A stretch of 56,969 bases of DNA, the filler included, from Thelocarpon superellum (taxonomy: Eukaryota), in NCBI GenBank assembly GCA_026025795.1. It is 2 parts of 2 records of this genome, joined end to end, with 100 filler letters (N's around TTAATTAATTAA, not from the genome) between each part and the next. Parts side by side here need not be neighbours in the genome. Positions count along the whole stretch, not along the records: positions 1 to 28,520 come from JAPEUG010000235.1; positions 28,621 to 56,969 come from JAPEUG010000236.1. The stretch is one strand, 5' to 3'. The notes beneath the pieces were generated by a model, which was not told where the DNA came from, did not search any database, and saw only the letters and a program-made list of their open reading frames with translations. Position 1 is the stretch's first letter. The number at the start of each line of letters is the position of its first letter. The translations under genes were made by a program, and so were the position numbers. Shown here one piece after another: positions 26,213 to 37,386 of the stretch.

Positions 26213-26465
26213 TGGGGACGGTGCAAATGCTTTTCACGAGACGAGAGACGATGGACGGCTTCTTGAGCGCTTCTTGCATTCGGCTTTATTCTATACATAC
26301 AACCACCCAGGCCATCCAGTGTATATCGCGTCTCCGACTACCCGCTTTGACGACAGTCTGGCGGGTGAGTGACGGGCGCCGATCGGTGGATCATGTGGAC
26401 TCAAGAAGAGAAGGGGTTCTTGGCCATATACTATAGGCATTTCTGTTCCCCTGGGCCCGGGCAGG

Positions 26466-26716
26466 AGCCGCGACGTTGGACGACGGAGTTAGCCTGTTCT
26501 CGGATTCGTGTAGGATGGGTAGCAGGAGCGAAGTCTATCGTCGAACATCGCGGCCCCCGCCCCCCGAGCCCTCGTAGGCCAAGGAAATCAGAAATGATCA
26601 AGCCGAACATGTCTCTGGGCGCTAGGCAGCCACGACGTCCGACGATGAAGTTAGCGCGCTCTCGTATTCGTATAGGACGAACTAAGTCTTTCGTCGAACG
26701 TCGCGGCTCCCGGGCC
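26466..26716. repeat. Degenerate direct repeat, two ~90 bp copies (~26466-26560 and ~26628-26716)
   Basis: agccgcgacgttggacgacggagttagc..tctcggattcgtgtagga..aagtctatcgtcgaacatcgcggcccccg versus agccacgacgtccgacgatgaagttagc..tctcgtattcgtatagga..aagtctttcgtcgaacgtcgcggctcccg. Confidence 0.75.
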
Positions 26717-27348
26717 TCGTGGCTCTCCTAGGCAAAGGGAAACACGTTGTTTTCCCGTCCAACATCACGTGACCCAACAACGGAGAAGATTGTACTGGAA
26801 TGGATCCACTTCATTCGGAGAAACAAGAGCGCGCATCAAGCCATGCCCTTGCATTTCTTAGACCAGTTCACGTTTGGAAACTCTTTGCTTGTTTGGATGT
26901 CAATGCCATAAGTCCGCAGGCAGCCAGGTTTGAAGGTGGCAAACCACTTCCACGCACCGTGTGGCTAGCACACTGCCTCGACCGATGCATGTCATGATCG
27001 CTGAGAATCAGGGTCATCTCCGTTGCTCTGCTTTAGATGAGTCCCGGGCACGACGCCTGAATGAGCATTGACGTAGACCTCTGCCTTTGCTCGCCGTGCC
27101 ATATTCCAGCCACTCATGTTGCGGCATCGATGAGATACCCCGGATGGCAGTCCAGATGGACGGAAGAAGATCGAACGATCAGATCTGCGTACAAATGCCG
27201 CCGCATCTCGAGATGCCTGACACGCTCATCCGCCTCCTGCCCTCTTTGATGGGTCGATTCGACAGTGGAACGCTTCCAAATTCCACTCGCTACGTCGGTC
27301 CACCGCTTAATTCCTCACACGTCGTTATCAGCATTCCCTCGTCTCGTC

Positions 27349-28043
27349 ATGCATTCTGTTCAGGTCACGACGTTTCTTGGCCTGTGTGTTGTCACCTTGG
27401 CTATCCCCAGCCCTCAGCGGGGTAATGACAATGCTCAATATCATCAACGCCCGCCTGTAGGCAGCATCCCTCCTTCGGGCCACTTCAATATCCAGACAGA
27501 CGACGGACTTCCCAAGCTTCCCTTCCTTGACGAGGCGTATTAATTCACCGACACCAACGTTTCGACGACGAATGCCCCTGGTCTGGCCGTATCTTGCATT
27601 GGCCTAAAGGCCACCGCGCCGTTTCCACTGTGCGGCTGCAATCAACGCTACCCTCAGCAGCATCGACCCCAGCTGGGGCCAGCACCTTGACCGCACCACT
27701 GACTTCTCGCAGATGAGTGCCAACGATGGCCAGCACTCTTGGAGCTCCAATGTCACGGTGGGAGACTGTACGGCCAAATACAATTCCTACAATAGCACAG
27801 CCGGACCCGTTTCTCTTCGCACAGTGCAGACGGGGTAAGTCGCAGGGCGAATTCCTTCGCACGATCCTTCCACGTCTGCCTCTGGCTTGATTGGGACTAA
27901 CAGAGCCGTCTAGCTTCAACACGGTCGATCAGTCCTGTGCGACCGGTGAAGGTGTTGATCCGCAAAGCTATTGGGTCTTGCGAAGGACGGGGGAGAACAG
28001 CTCCTGAACACAGGGAGAAGAGCCTTGGACTAGGCATCGTTTG
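27349..28043 (+). pseudogene. Candidate small secreted Cys-containing protein, interrupted (TAA at 27541 plus frameshift) unless a weak intron is used
   Basis: Signal-peptide-like MHSVQVTTFLGLCVVTLA|IPSPQR, protein-like downstream frames, and a canonical intron GTAAGT..CTAAC..TAG at 27835-27913. Confidence 0.4.
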
Positions 28044-28520
28044 AGTGCGAGGAGACAGGTTGCGATTGCTGTGATCCTCATTGATTGGGTCGTGGAAATA
28101 CGGGATTTGCTAGCTATCATGTTGACCTAGAGCTTCGAAGGTCCTAGATCCCGAATGTTGTCACGTATTCTGGTGAAGCTAGGGCATGACGCACGACTGC
28201 AAGTCCCCGCTAGGTCAGTCTTACGTTCGTAGCTTTCAATCATCAAGGCAGTGATCTGATACAGCAGTGATCCTGAGGCAGAATTTTTACCTCTGGAAGC
28301 CGGAGCTGCGACGTTCGACGATGGACTTGGCTCTGTGACAAGGCCATCAAGTTCCTCCACAAAGGCCACGGATGAACGATGGATGGCGGGCGGCGGATGG
28401 CGGATGGCGGATGGACTTTACGTCACACTTTTCGCTAGATGGGCGACCGGGGGGCCCATGCAGCGTTTGCCAATCCGACAATGTGATTCATCGCCGAGCA
28501 CTCCTACACCCCTCCATCGA

Positions 28521-28620
28521 NNNNNNNNNNNNNNNNNNNNNNNNNNNNNNNNNNNNNNNNNNNNTTAATTAATTAANNNNNNNNNNNNNNNNNNNNNNNN
28601 NNNNNNNNNNNNNNNNNNNN
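28521..28620. other. Assembly gap with artificial TTAATTAATTAA linker (stop codons in all six frames)
   Basis: 44 N + ttaattaattaa + 44 N, exactly 100 nt. Confidence 0.97.
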
Positions 28621-29100
28621 AAAGACTAGTAGTCTTGATTGCCACCTCAATGAGGGGCACGCCGGACCATGATCTGACGGGGGTGAATAGGGAGTGCTCC
28701 CATTCTTTTCTGACTCAGCTCGAGTATGCTTTTCGGCTATTCGTCATGAGAAGTCCGCATATTGAAATCTCTGCCTCGTTGAGCTTGAAGCTGGTCATCA
28801 ACTCGGTGAGCTTCGGGAGCGCGAGAATTAGGCCAGGACGAGCAATCGCGAAGCTCAGAAGGAGCTTCCGAAGTCGCTCGATGTGGTGAGAGGCGGGCGC
28901 CTTCTCGTTACCATCCCGGCCTAAGGTGGCACAGCACGCCTCAAATTGAGACTTGCCTAAAGATGATTGCCCTTGAGAGATGATATCGGGCTACAGCAGT
29001 CCGACCACTTGTTACTCAGAGATGTTCCCAAAAGCATCAGTGCTCGGTTCATCAGTTCAGCAAGCCTTTTCATGGAAGGGAAGAGGTGTCCAATTGTCAA

Positions 29101-29252
29101 TCTAGATATGTAGGAGCGCCTCTTGTTTTCCATCTTGACGTACAAAAGTGCCCCATGTCTTCCGTCTCGATGTAGGGGGGAGCTCCTCGTTGCTCGTCTA
29201 GATGTAGTGGAGAGCCCCTTGTTTTCTGCCTAGATTTGTAGGGGAGCCCCTC
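29101..29252. repeat. Degenerate ~31-33 bp tandem repeat, 4-5 copies
   Basis: ctagatatgtaggagcgcctc / ctcgatgtaggggggagctcctc / ctagatgtagtggagagcccct / ctagatttgtaggggagcccctc. Confidence 0.65.
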
Positions 29253-29512
29253 GCTGCGTCAAGAGTGCCCCGTGGCTGGATGGAGACCGAGGAGCGCTCG
29301 AGGAATTATTTACTCAGACCTATCGGACTGCTCCGCGATGTACGGTGCCATGCAGGACGCGCGTTTCATTATCTCCGTCATTTGGTCAGATGCTGGGGAA
29401 GAACTTCATTCATTGGTGGTTCACGGGGGCTATGACAGCGAACATACTCCTCGTTCAAGCAGAGACCGTTGATCCAGACTGCAGCAAAGTTCGGCCGCGC
29501 AAACAAGGTGCC

Positions 29513-31210
29513 CTACCGCCCAAAATAACGGAACTCCAAGGTCCGGAGACCAAAGTAGGAGATGGCGGCAAAGGCAAAGGCCAGCTCGAAGCCAATGTCG
29601 CCACCATGTTGAGGATTTCCAATCTTCTTACCGATCGGGCCCACAAACCACGGCTGCGAGAGACCCATGACGGCCCCGAGGATGCCGAAGCAGAAAGCCG
29701 TGATGGCGGCGATACCGGGCGGCAGCTTCCCCGGCTGATTGTAGATCTCGGGCGCGTAGCCCAGGTAGCCTCGCTTGAAGACAAAGTGCTCCGTCAGCGA
29801 GATGCCTTGGTAGATGGCGAGCCAATAGGCCTACACCACGCACGTCAGCGAACCCACGATGCGTCGGAAACGAAAAGGGGACCCACGATCAACAGCATAA
29901 AGTCCTCGAGCACGTTCGCAAAGTGCGAGTAGCCGGGGATGGCAATGGCAATGTAGACGAGCGTGGCCAGGAAGGTCCAGATGAAGCGCGGGACCATCTG
30001 CGTCCAGCGTGCCATCACCTGCAGGCTGAGCGAGACGCTGTAGATGTTGGGCACATTGTTGGCGATGATGGACAACGCAAGAATGACAAGGCAGAACTCG
30101 CCGAAGCGGCCCAGCGGGGGGATCAGAACGGCGCCAAGGAGACCGCCGATGCCAGCGTCGTTGTATCCGTTCAAGTAAGTCGAGTTGTTGACCGTGGCCG
30201 TGATCACCGCAGCCCCCAGCATCTCCGTGAAGAGAAGGGGGAAGGCCAAGCCGGCAAAGGTCCACAGAAAGCACTTGAGCCGGCTGGTGTTGGCGGGTTG
30301 GTAGACGGTGTAGTCGGCGGCGTAGCTGGTCCAGCCCGTGGCGAAGCCAAAGACAGAGGCGGCAAAGGACAAGACGGATCCCGCTTCCACCGGGCCCGAA
30401 CCCATCGGGATATTGGAGAATTGCTAGTCGTGGTCAGCGTCCATCGGTCCGTCATCTCGATCGGGCGGATCCTCTCACCCCGGAATGCGCGAACTCGCCG
30501 AGGACGACCAGAAAGATGATGAAGGCAGGGATCCAGCTCCAGGCTTCATAGCCATGCACAACCTTATACCCGAAAAGCGTGATGAGAAAGGTCCCGGCGG
30601 CGATGACGATGATGCCGGCGTAGCCGGGAAAGTTGCCGTTCACCGCATTGAGCAGTTGCGCACCAACGATGACGTTGACCGACGACCAGCCGACGCAGGC
30701 CAGCACGTTGAAGAAGGCGATGATCTTGACGCCGTAGAAGCCAAAGTAGAAGCGCGAGAGGACCATCTGGCGGAGGCCGAAGCGGGGTCCGAAGGTCGAG
30801 AAGAAGCAGACGGGGAGGATGCCGAGGATGTTGAAGAAGAAGATGGTCAGGATGGTGTCGACGAAGCCCAGGTAGAAGACGGGGTTGGCCAGGGCGCCAA
30901 TGGCGAAGGAGCTGACCACCATGTTGGCGGAGAGCCACTCCATCAGGGTCAGTGGCCAATTATGACCAGTGGTGAAAGGAGAGGGACGACTCACCAAGGT
31001 GCCAACCTTGGCCAATCCCTTGTCGGTTCGCTCATACTCGGGGACGCGCTCAATGCCGCGCTGCTCAATATTATATCGGCCGGCTACACGTTGTATCCTC
31101 GCATAGAGCGAGTTCCCTGCGCCAAAGCTCTCGGTGGCAACGCCGCCGGTCTCGTCGACGTAGGGACCCTTGACGCCGCCGGTCTCGGTATCATACTCCG
31201 GAAGACCCAT
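29513..31210 (-). CDS. fcyB: NCS1-family purine-cytosine permease (FcyB/Fcy2-like); introns 30994-30938, 30478-30424, 29886-29831
   Basis: IEQRGIERVP, WLSANM, FGPRFGLRQMVLSR, GWTSYAADYTVY, IIANNVPNIYS and GGDIGFELAF. Ends FRYFGR*. Confidence 0.93.
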
Positions 31211-32801
31211 GATGGATTGATCAGCGACGATGCGTGCGGGGGACCGCAGGGAAGGTCGGCAGGACGAGGATGACCAAAGCCAAAGGAGGGGTGATGATCA
31301 TGGGCACAGACGATGCAAGCCCAGGTCGCACAGGAGCTCCGCATCCCTGATATACTCGTCCTGCCGTGGCATAAGCTCCTTCGTGGAGGGCGACACGATA
31401 AGCCCCGGGCGCTGGGAGTGCCAGATGGCCGGACAGAGGCTTGAGCAACCGGGGCAGCTGTGGAGTCGCGTGGGCAGACCTCGGTGTGGTTGGTGCCCGG
31501 TATCTCTGCACCAGCTCTTATCGTGTGGACGGCGATATGGACGTCGCCCTAGTTGCGTCGCTGGTGCATCCGCGCGCCGGCGATGTGGGGATCGGCAGTT
31601 GCCCCACGCAGCGGCCGCGGCCAGCTGGCTCGCCATTCGTCCAGCGCTGCCGAGGATGTTGCCAGCGGAAATCGTTCATGATCGAGGTCGAAGCTGCTTC
31701 GACGGGCCTGATGCAACCTGCCGCCCAATCGGAGGGCGGGTGCCGACTGCATCTGGAAGGTCTCGATCATCGTTAGCTCGACAGCAACTCGTCACATTTC
31801 TCCCCATGCCGTTCGCGTCCTTCTCGGCATGCCCGTAGCTCCGTCGAGCTCAGCGTCCTTTGCCCTTTGACATGGCTCGTGGCTCATGGTCTACATGTGG
31901 CGCGACCTTCCAAGATACGAAGTACTCCCTGTCGCCGCCCTTCCCCCACCAAGGCTCTTCGGTGCCCCGGGTGATCGTATCGGAAGCCACGCCGCTAACT
32001 CGCACGGGCGAGGGAGACGATCCACTAATTCTCGGACCGCCGGCACCGCCAGGGTTTCCCATTCGATGATGAGCAGCTTGCGATGAAGTATTTTGGGAGC
32101 AGGAGGATGGACAGCTGCTGGGAGCACACAGGAACATACGAGGTCTCTCGGATTTTCTGGGCTAATTACTTCGTACCTTGTATCTTCTGTTGTATGGTCG
32201 CATCGGGGTGTCCCGGGGGCCTCCAGGTGCTCCAGGTGCCGTCGCTCTCTATACGAAGATGACATAACTGGGGCGTGATCCTGGGGGCCAACCACCGGTT
32301 GGCAAAATGATCGGTCCTTTGTCTCGGCTCGGGGCACGCACGCATGTCGGCATGGCAGGAGCCACGCCGTCCGAGCCGAGTGCCATGGCGACCCGATCTT
32401 GCCAACCACCGTGGTCGCAATAGCAATGCCCATATGTGTCTGGTCCCTGTCAAATGGGCTCAAATGGTGCTATGTACATGATAAAAAAGCAGATGCCCAA
32501 AGCGACCCCAAGGATCCAAACGTGCCCTAGATGGCTTGCGGGTGGTGTGCGAACCAACGCCGGATCTATGCGTTGGGTCTGCATAGGGCCGAGCGCACGC
32601 GCACACGCGCAGGCGCCCTCGTCCTCCAACCCACGACGGAAATGCAACTCCTGAAGCTGCGCGCCCACCTGGCGGCGTGGGCAATGGTACATGGCGTCAT
32701 GGCGTCGGCACATGGCATGGCGTGCCGGGGCATGACGGAAAGCGGCCCCGGCGGAGATGGAAATTCGTAGATGTGCAGGTCGACCGGGCGGGGCAAGGCG
32801 C

Positions 32802-32844
32802 CCATCATCGACCCAGCGCCATCATCGACCCAGCGCCATCATCG
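32802..32844. repeat. 17-bp tandem repeat x2.5 just downstream of the Spa2 stop
   Basis: (ccatcatcgacccagcg)x2 + ccatcatcg. Confidence 0.85.
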
Positions 32845-32866
32845 TCGTGGCTTCGCCATCAGCATT

Positions 32867-35800
32867 CTAGCCGTCGATGCGTTGAACCAGTTCCTACGAT
32901 ACCTGTCAGAGCCGGGGGGAGGCAATCGGCACGCACGAGCTCAACACCTACCTTGGTCTCTCGTGCGATCTCGAATGCCAATGGCGGCAGTTGGTTGGTG
33001 AACTCCTTGAGCGAGGCCGGGTCGCGAATCCGCTCACTCTCCGATAGGGCCTTCAATAGTCGCGACCGACACCCGGACAGACGCACGATTATGGGATCGG
33101 CCCGACCGCGCAGGGCCTCGTGTCCTCCCTGACTCATGGTCTCATCGGTGGATGCAACGACCTTGCCAACGGAGGCGGCAATGTCGCCAAGATGGCGGGC
33201 AATGATGCCCATGTTGTCCTCGGCCCGGATGCTGCTGACGAGCGCCTGAATGGAGCCTACCAGGTGCTCTGTCTGGTCCTCGAGGAAGATCTTGAGGTCC
33301 TCCACATCCTCCTCTTGCATGCGGAGCCCGAAGCCCAGGTTCGCCACTGCACCCATCCCCTTGCCCGCCGACGTGCCGTTGGGCGCCCATGTCTCCTTGC
33401 TCGCCTGCTGCGGGCGACCGTTGTGCTCGACCGGCGGCGAGCTGATCGAGCTGTAGACGGATTCACGATCGAGACTGCCGTGGCCCACAGGGAACATGCC
33501 GGCAGATCCGACGGACGCCATGCGGACATCGTCGCCGTCGTCGTCAAGCTCGCCGGGCGGACTCGGACGGACCTTGACCAGGCGGAGGAGCTCGACCACG
33601 GCCGCCGTCAGGTGCGAGGCGGCCGCGTCGACGAGCGACACGGGCGAGATGCCTTGTGAGGACGAGAAGTTCTTCGCCGCGGTGATGAGATTGTTCGCCG
33701 TCGCCGAAACCCGCGCCAAGACCTTGCCGCGCTGGCGGGCGAGGTCGCCGTCGCCCGACGTAGCGTCGCCGAGGTCATGAGTGATGTGCCGCACGCTGAG
33801 CACGACGGACTGCATATGCTCCAGCACCGCGGATGGCTCCCCGCTGCGGGCGATGTGGAGCAGCTCGTCGATGGCGATCTGAAATTTGGTGACGTGCACG
33901 TCCTTCACCAGCCCGTCGGGCCGGATGAACTCGCCGCTGCGCGCTTGCGCGCCCACACTCGCCGTCTTGCCCGCGAGCCCGATGGACGCGCGCATGTGGC
34001 GGACTTGCGTTTTGGCGCGCGCGTACCGGCTCTTCCACTCCTTGACATCGCCCTCGAGCTGCGCCAGCTGACCGACCAGGCGCTCCTCGCGTTCCCACGA
34101 CTGGTCGCTGCGATCTGAAAGCATCTTCATCTCCTTGAGGAAGGCGGCCGTCTCACGTCGCACTTCGTCCGTCACCTAGAAATCGCCGTGGCCGATCAGT
34201 ACGTGAGCAGGAAGAGGGTGGGAGACCGCGGGAAACTGACCTGTTGTTGTTCGTGGAGCTCCATCTGCAAGCCTTGATGACTTCGCTCAAGCGCCTCGTA
34301 GCGTTGCTGCCATTGGCCTCCCTCGGCGGGTCCGTCGCGGCGGATCTGGTCCAGCTGCGCCCGGAGATCGCGCTCGACGCTCGATTGATCCGCCTGCGAC
34401 TTCTCCAGTGCGCCCTGCAATGAGTCGTTGAGCTTCTGCGCGTCGGCCAACCTCTGCTCCAGGTTGGAGTGGAGGTGGGACCATTCCTGCCGTTCCGACT
34501 CGGATGCGCCCTCGGACTCGCGCTGCGCCTTCTGGAGCCGAGTGATCTCCTCGTCCTTTTCGTGTACGCGCTCCTCGAGGTCGGTGACTTTCTCCTGCAG
34601 GCCGTCCGCTTCCGACTGAAACTCGGCGATGAGCTTCTTGTCCCGCTCGACGCTGTCGGCGCTGCGGTTCGTGTGGCGGTTGCTCGACTGCCGCGCGTCC
34701 GGCCCCAGGCTATATGAGTCAAAGTCCTCGTCCGACGCGCCGGTCTGGTCATCGTCGTCTTCGACCAGCGTGCTCTTGTTGGGGATGATGGTGTTGCTTT
34801 GCGACGTCTTGGGCAGCGGCCGGCCATACTCGTTGTTGCCCGGCGCGAGGGAGCTGAGGCTGCCGAATTGCGGGCCGCCGTTCCGACCGGATGGACCCGG
34901 TCCCCGCGGCGGTGGCCCACGGGACCCTGGGCGCGAGCCGGCCGGATGGCCCATGGGTGGACCATTCCGACCATAGCCACCGCGAAAGCTCGAGGCCGGA
35001 CTGCCGAGGCGTTCGATGTCGCCGCCAGCGAAGCGGGGGAAGCGGCGTTCGAGCTCGTAGAAGACGTCGGTGGCCAGGTCGCGGAATCGCGGGGGCGGGA
35101 GGGTTGACAGCTTCTGCCGGGCTTGATTGCGCTTGGGATGGAAGGAAGTCTTGGGTAGGAGATAGGGCGGGGGTCCGTTGGGGGGTTCGCCACCGGGACC
35201 GTTTCGTCTCTGTCCAGCAGAGGCCTGTCGTCGCAGCAATTCATCATAGACATCGGTACTAAGTTCTTGAAACTGCACGGGAGATAATCGTAAGAGCTTG
35301 TCGCGAGCGCGGTTCGGCCGTAGGTTGCCCTTGTCGTCGCGCAGCGAGGCCGCCAGGAAACGCCTGAGCGCGACGTAGTGGTCTGACAGGGTTTCCTCCA
35401 ATATGGATGTCTGCCGGCTCTGTGCGCTGTCTCGAGGGTTCATGAAGCCGGTGCCGTTGCTTGATCTCCCGATTGAATTGGGTGGCGACGGGTTGCCTGG
35501 ACTAAGCGGAGGATGACCGGCGCCATTGGGCGGGCCGCCGTTCATCGGCCCCCCATCCATCGGCCCTCTGTTCATCGGCCCTCCATTCATGGGGCCCCCA
35601 GGCATCGGTCCTCCGTGCATCGGCCCTCCATGCATCGGCCCGCCGTGCATCGGCCCGCCGTTCATCGGGCCACCGTTCATCGGTCCGCCGTTCATTGTTC
35701 CGGTGGATCCACTCGAGACCGGAGGCGTAGCAGGGCCGCCCCGATGATAGCCGTGGGGGGGAGAATAGGGAGAGTCGCCGGGGGGCCGCGATTGGTATCC

Positions 35801-35869
35801 CGCGATGCCGGACCATTCGCTTCCTCCTCCCACGGACTCCGGGGAGAGGGTCGGGGCGCGGCCGGTCAT
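32867..35869 (-). CDS. SPA2: Polarisome scaffold Spa2 (two SHD1/GIT repeats, coiled coil, GIT-C-like C-terminus); introns 34240-34176, 32951-32894
   Basis: RARDKLLRLSPVQFQELSTDVYDELLRR and NQARQKLSTLPPPRFRDLATDVFYELERR; EWKSRYARAK; LPPLAFEIARETKELVQRIDG*. Confidence 0.92.
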
Positions 35870-37308
35870 GGCCAGACCGCCGTCTGCGCCGACGGCGACG
35901 GGTTGGGGTGGACGAGGATCTTGGGAGACGCGATTATCGATGGCGCACCGCGTGAACGAAGAGAGAGCGCGTCGTGATATCGATTGGCGAAAGGTGGATG
36001 GGGTCGCGGCGACATGAGCGGGGGCATCGATGATCTGCGATCGTAACGAGTTTCAGGACACGCGCAATCGGCCAGGGCCGCAGAGGCTCCGAAGGGCTCG
36101 GACGGGCTCAGGTGGTGAGCGCCGTGCACCGCGAAAAATGGCGGAAAAGAGGAGGAGGGATGGTAGCAAAGAGAGCAAGGCCCGGTATGGACCCAGTCGG
36201 ATGCCGCAGGCGGTAGATGGGAGAGGTGGTGATGAAAGGGCGGACGGCGTACGAAGGGCCTATCCGACGATATCCAGAGACATGGGGTGCGGTAGGTCGT
36301 TGACGGTCTTGGCGAGGGCTCGTCGCCCCTAACGGGACCGGTAGGGCCGAGCGAAGTCGTCGCGGAGAGTGTCGCGCGCTGGGTCTCGCGCTGCGTCCTG
36401 GTGGTGGACTAGCCCGCGTACTCGTACCAGTACCGCCCAAGTATGTTGGTTACTACTTGTAACTACAGTGGTCTCGTCTCGTCCGGCCACGGGCACGAGG
36501 GACCAGGATACCAAGGTAAGTACCTGCCTGCAGCCGGGAAATACGAGGTGCTTCCCACTGGCGAGCCAGCAGTCTCCAACGATAGCACAGCGTGATAGGC
36601 GCTTCGACGTGCGACCGCAACCCTCTCGCGGGTCCGCCACCACGACCTACTGGTACGGGGGGGCCAGCGCTCACCGGCCGCTAGCCGTCTACGATGTCGC
36701 CAACCACGAGACGCGCCAGGGTGGAGGGAGGAACCACGGCATTCATCGTCACGACCGCTGGGTCAAGCCATGGGCCTCACTTCATCACTGCTCGACACGC
36801 GTGAGAGGACGCGACCATCTCGCGCTCTCGTATTCTGCGTGTCGAGGCTCGAGCGCTCCCTTGCATGCCCCATCCAGCTTCGCACGCGTGCGCGGATTAG
36901 CTCGTTCCTGAATGCGAAAAAAGGGCTCGGCAAGCTCGCGCCTTCGCTGTGCCTTCGACCGCTCCCACGCGCCAGCTAAGCCGGAAGCGATGCGACTAGC
37001 AGGGACTTTCAAAGCTGGACTGCACCATCGCTGCATCACCGCTGCACCATCTGCTCGCCACGCTGACCCAAATCATGTCCACTCCTGCCAAGGGTGCCAA
37101 GTGACGAGGAGACCAAATTACGCCCACGCTTCACGAATAGCTACCCCGTCGTGCGCGTCGCCTCACCACCTGCGTCAAGCGTCCTGGCCTCCAAATTGCC
37201 AACTCTTGATTGGAAAGGGTTTTGAGACACCCTCGGCTCACGATGGGCGAGTAGGCCTTTGATGCTAACGGCCGCGACTTGTCAAACCGCCGTCTAGCTC
37301 CCATGGCC

Positions 37309-37338
<30 letters not shown>
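37309..37338. repeat. (ACGGCA)5 microsatellite
   Basis: Direct reading. Confidence 0.85.
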
Positions 37339-37342
<4 letters not shown>

Positions 37343-37386
37343 TGACGGTGAAGGGCATTGCCACCACGCCACCGTTTTCGTCACAC

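Noticed and set aside
28565..28576. TTAATTAATTAA as a biological palindrome or piggyBac TTAA target
   Set aside because: It sits symmetrically inside Ns, so it is a scaffolding linker.
29101..29252. CRISPR-like repeat-spacer array
   Set aside because: The context is eukaryotic, the repeats are degenerate and nearly contiguous without unique spacers, and there are no cas genes.
32859..32951. Spa2 C-terminus as given by the ORF track (..VGVELVRADC..RRLEC)
   Set aside because: This is read-through of intron 32951-32894. Splicing gives the expected ETKELVQRIDG*.
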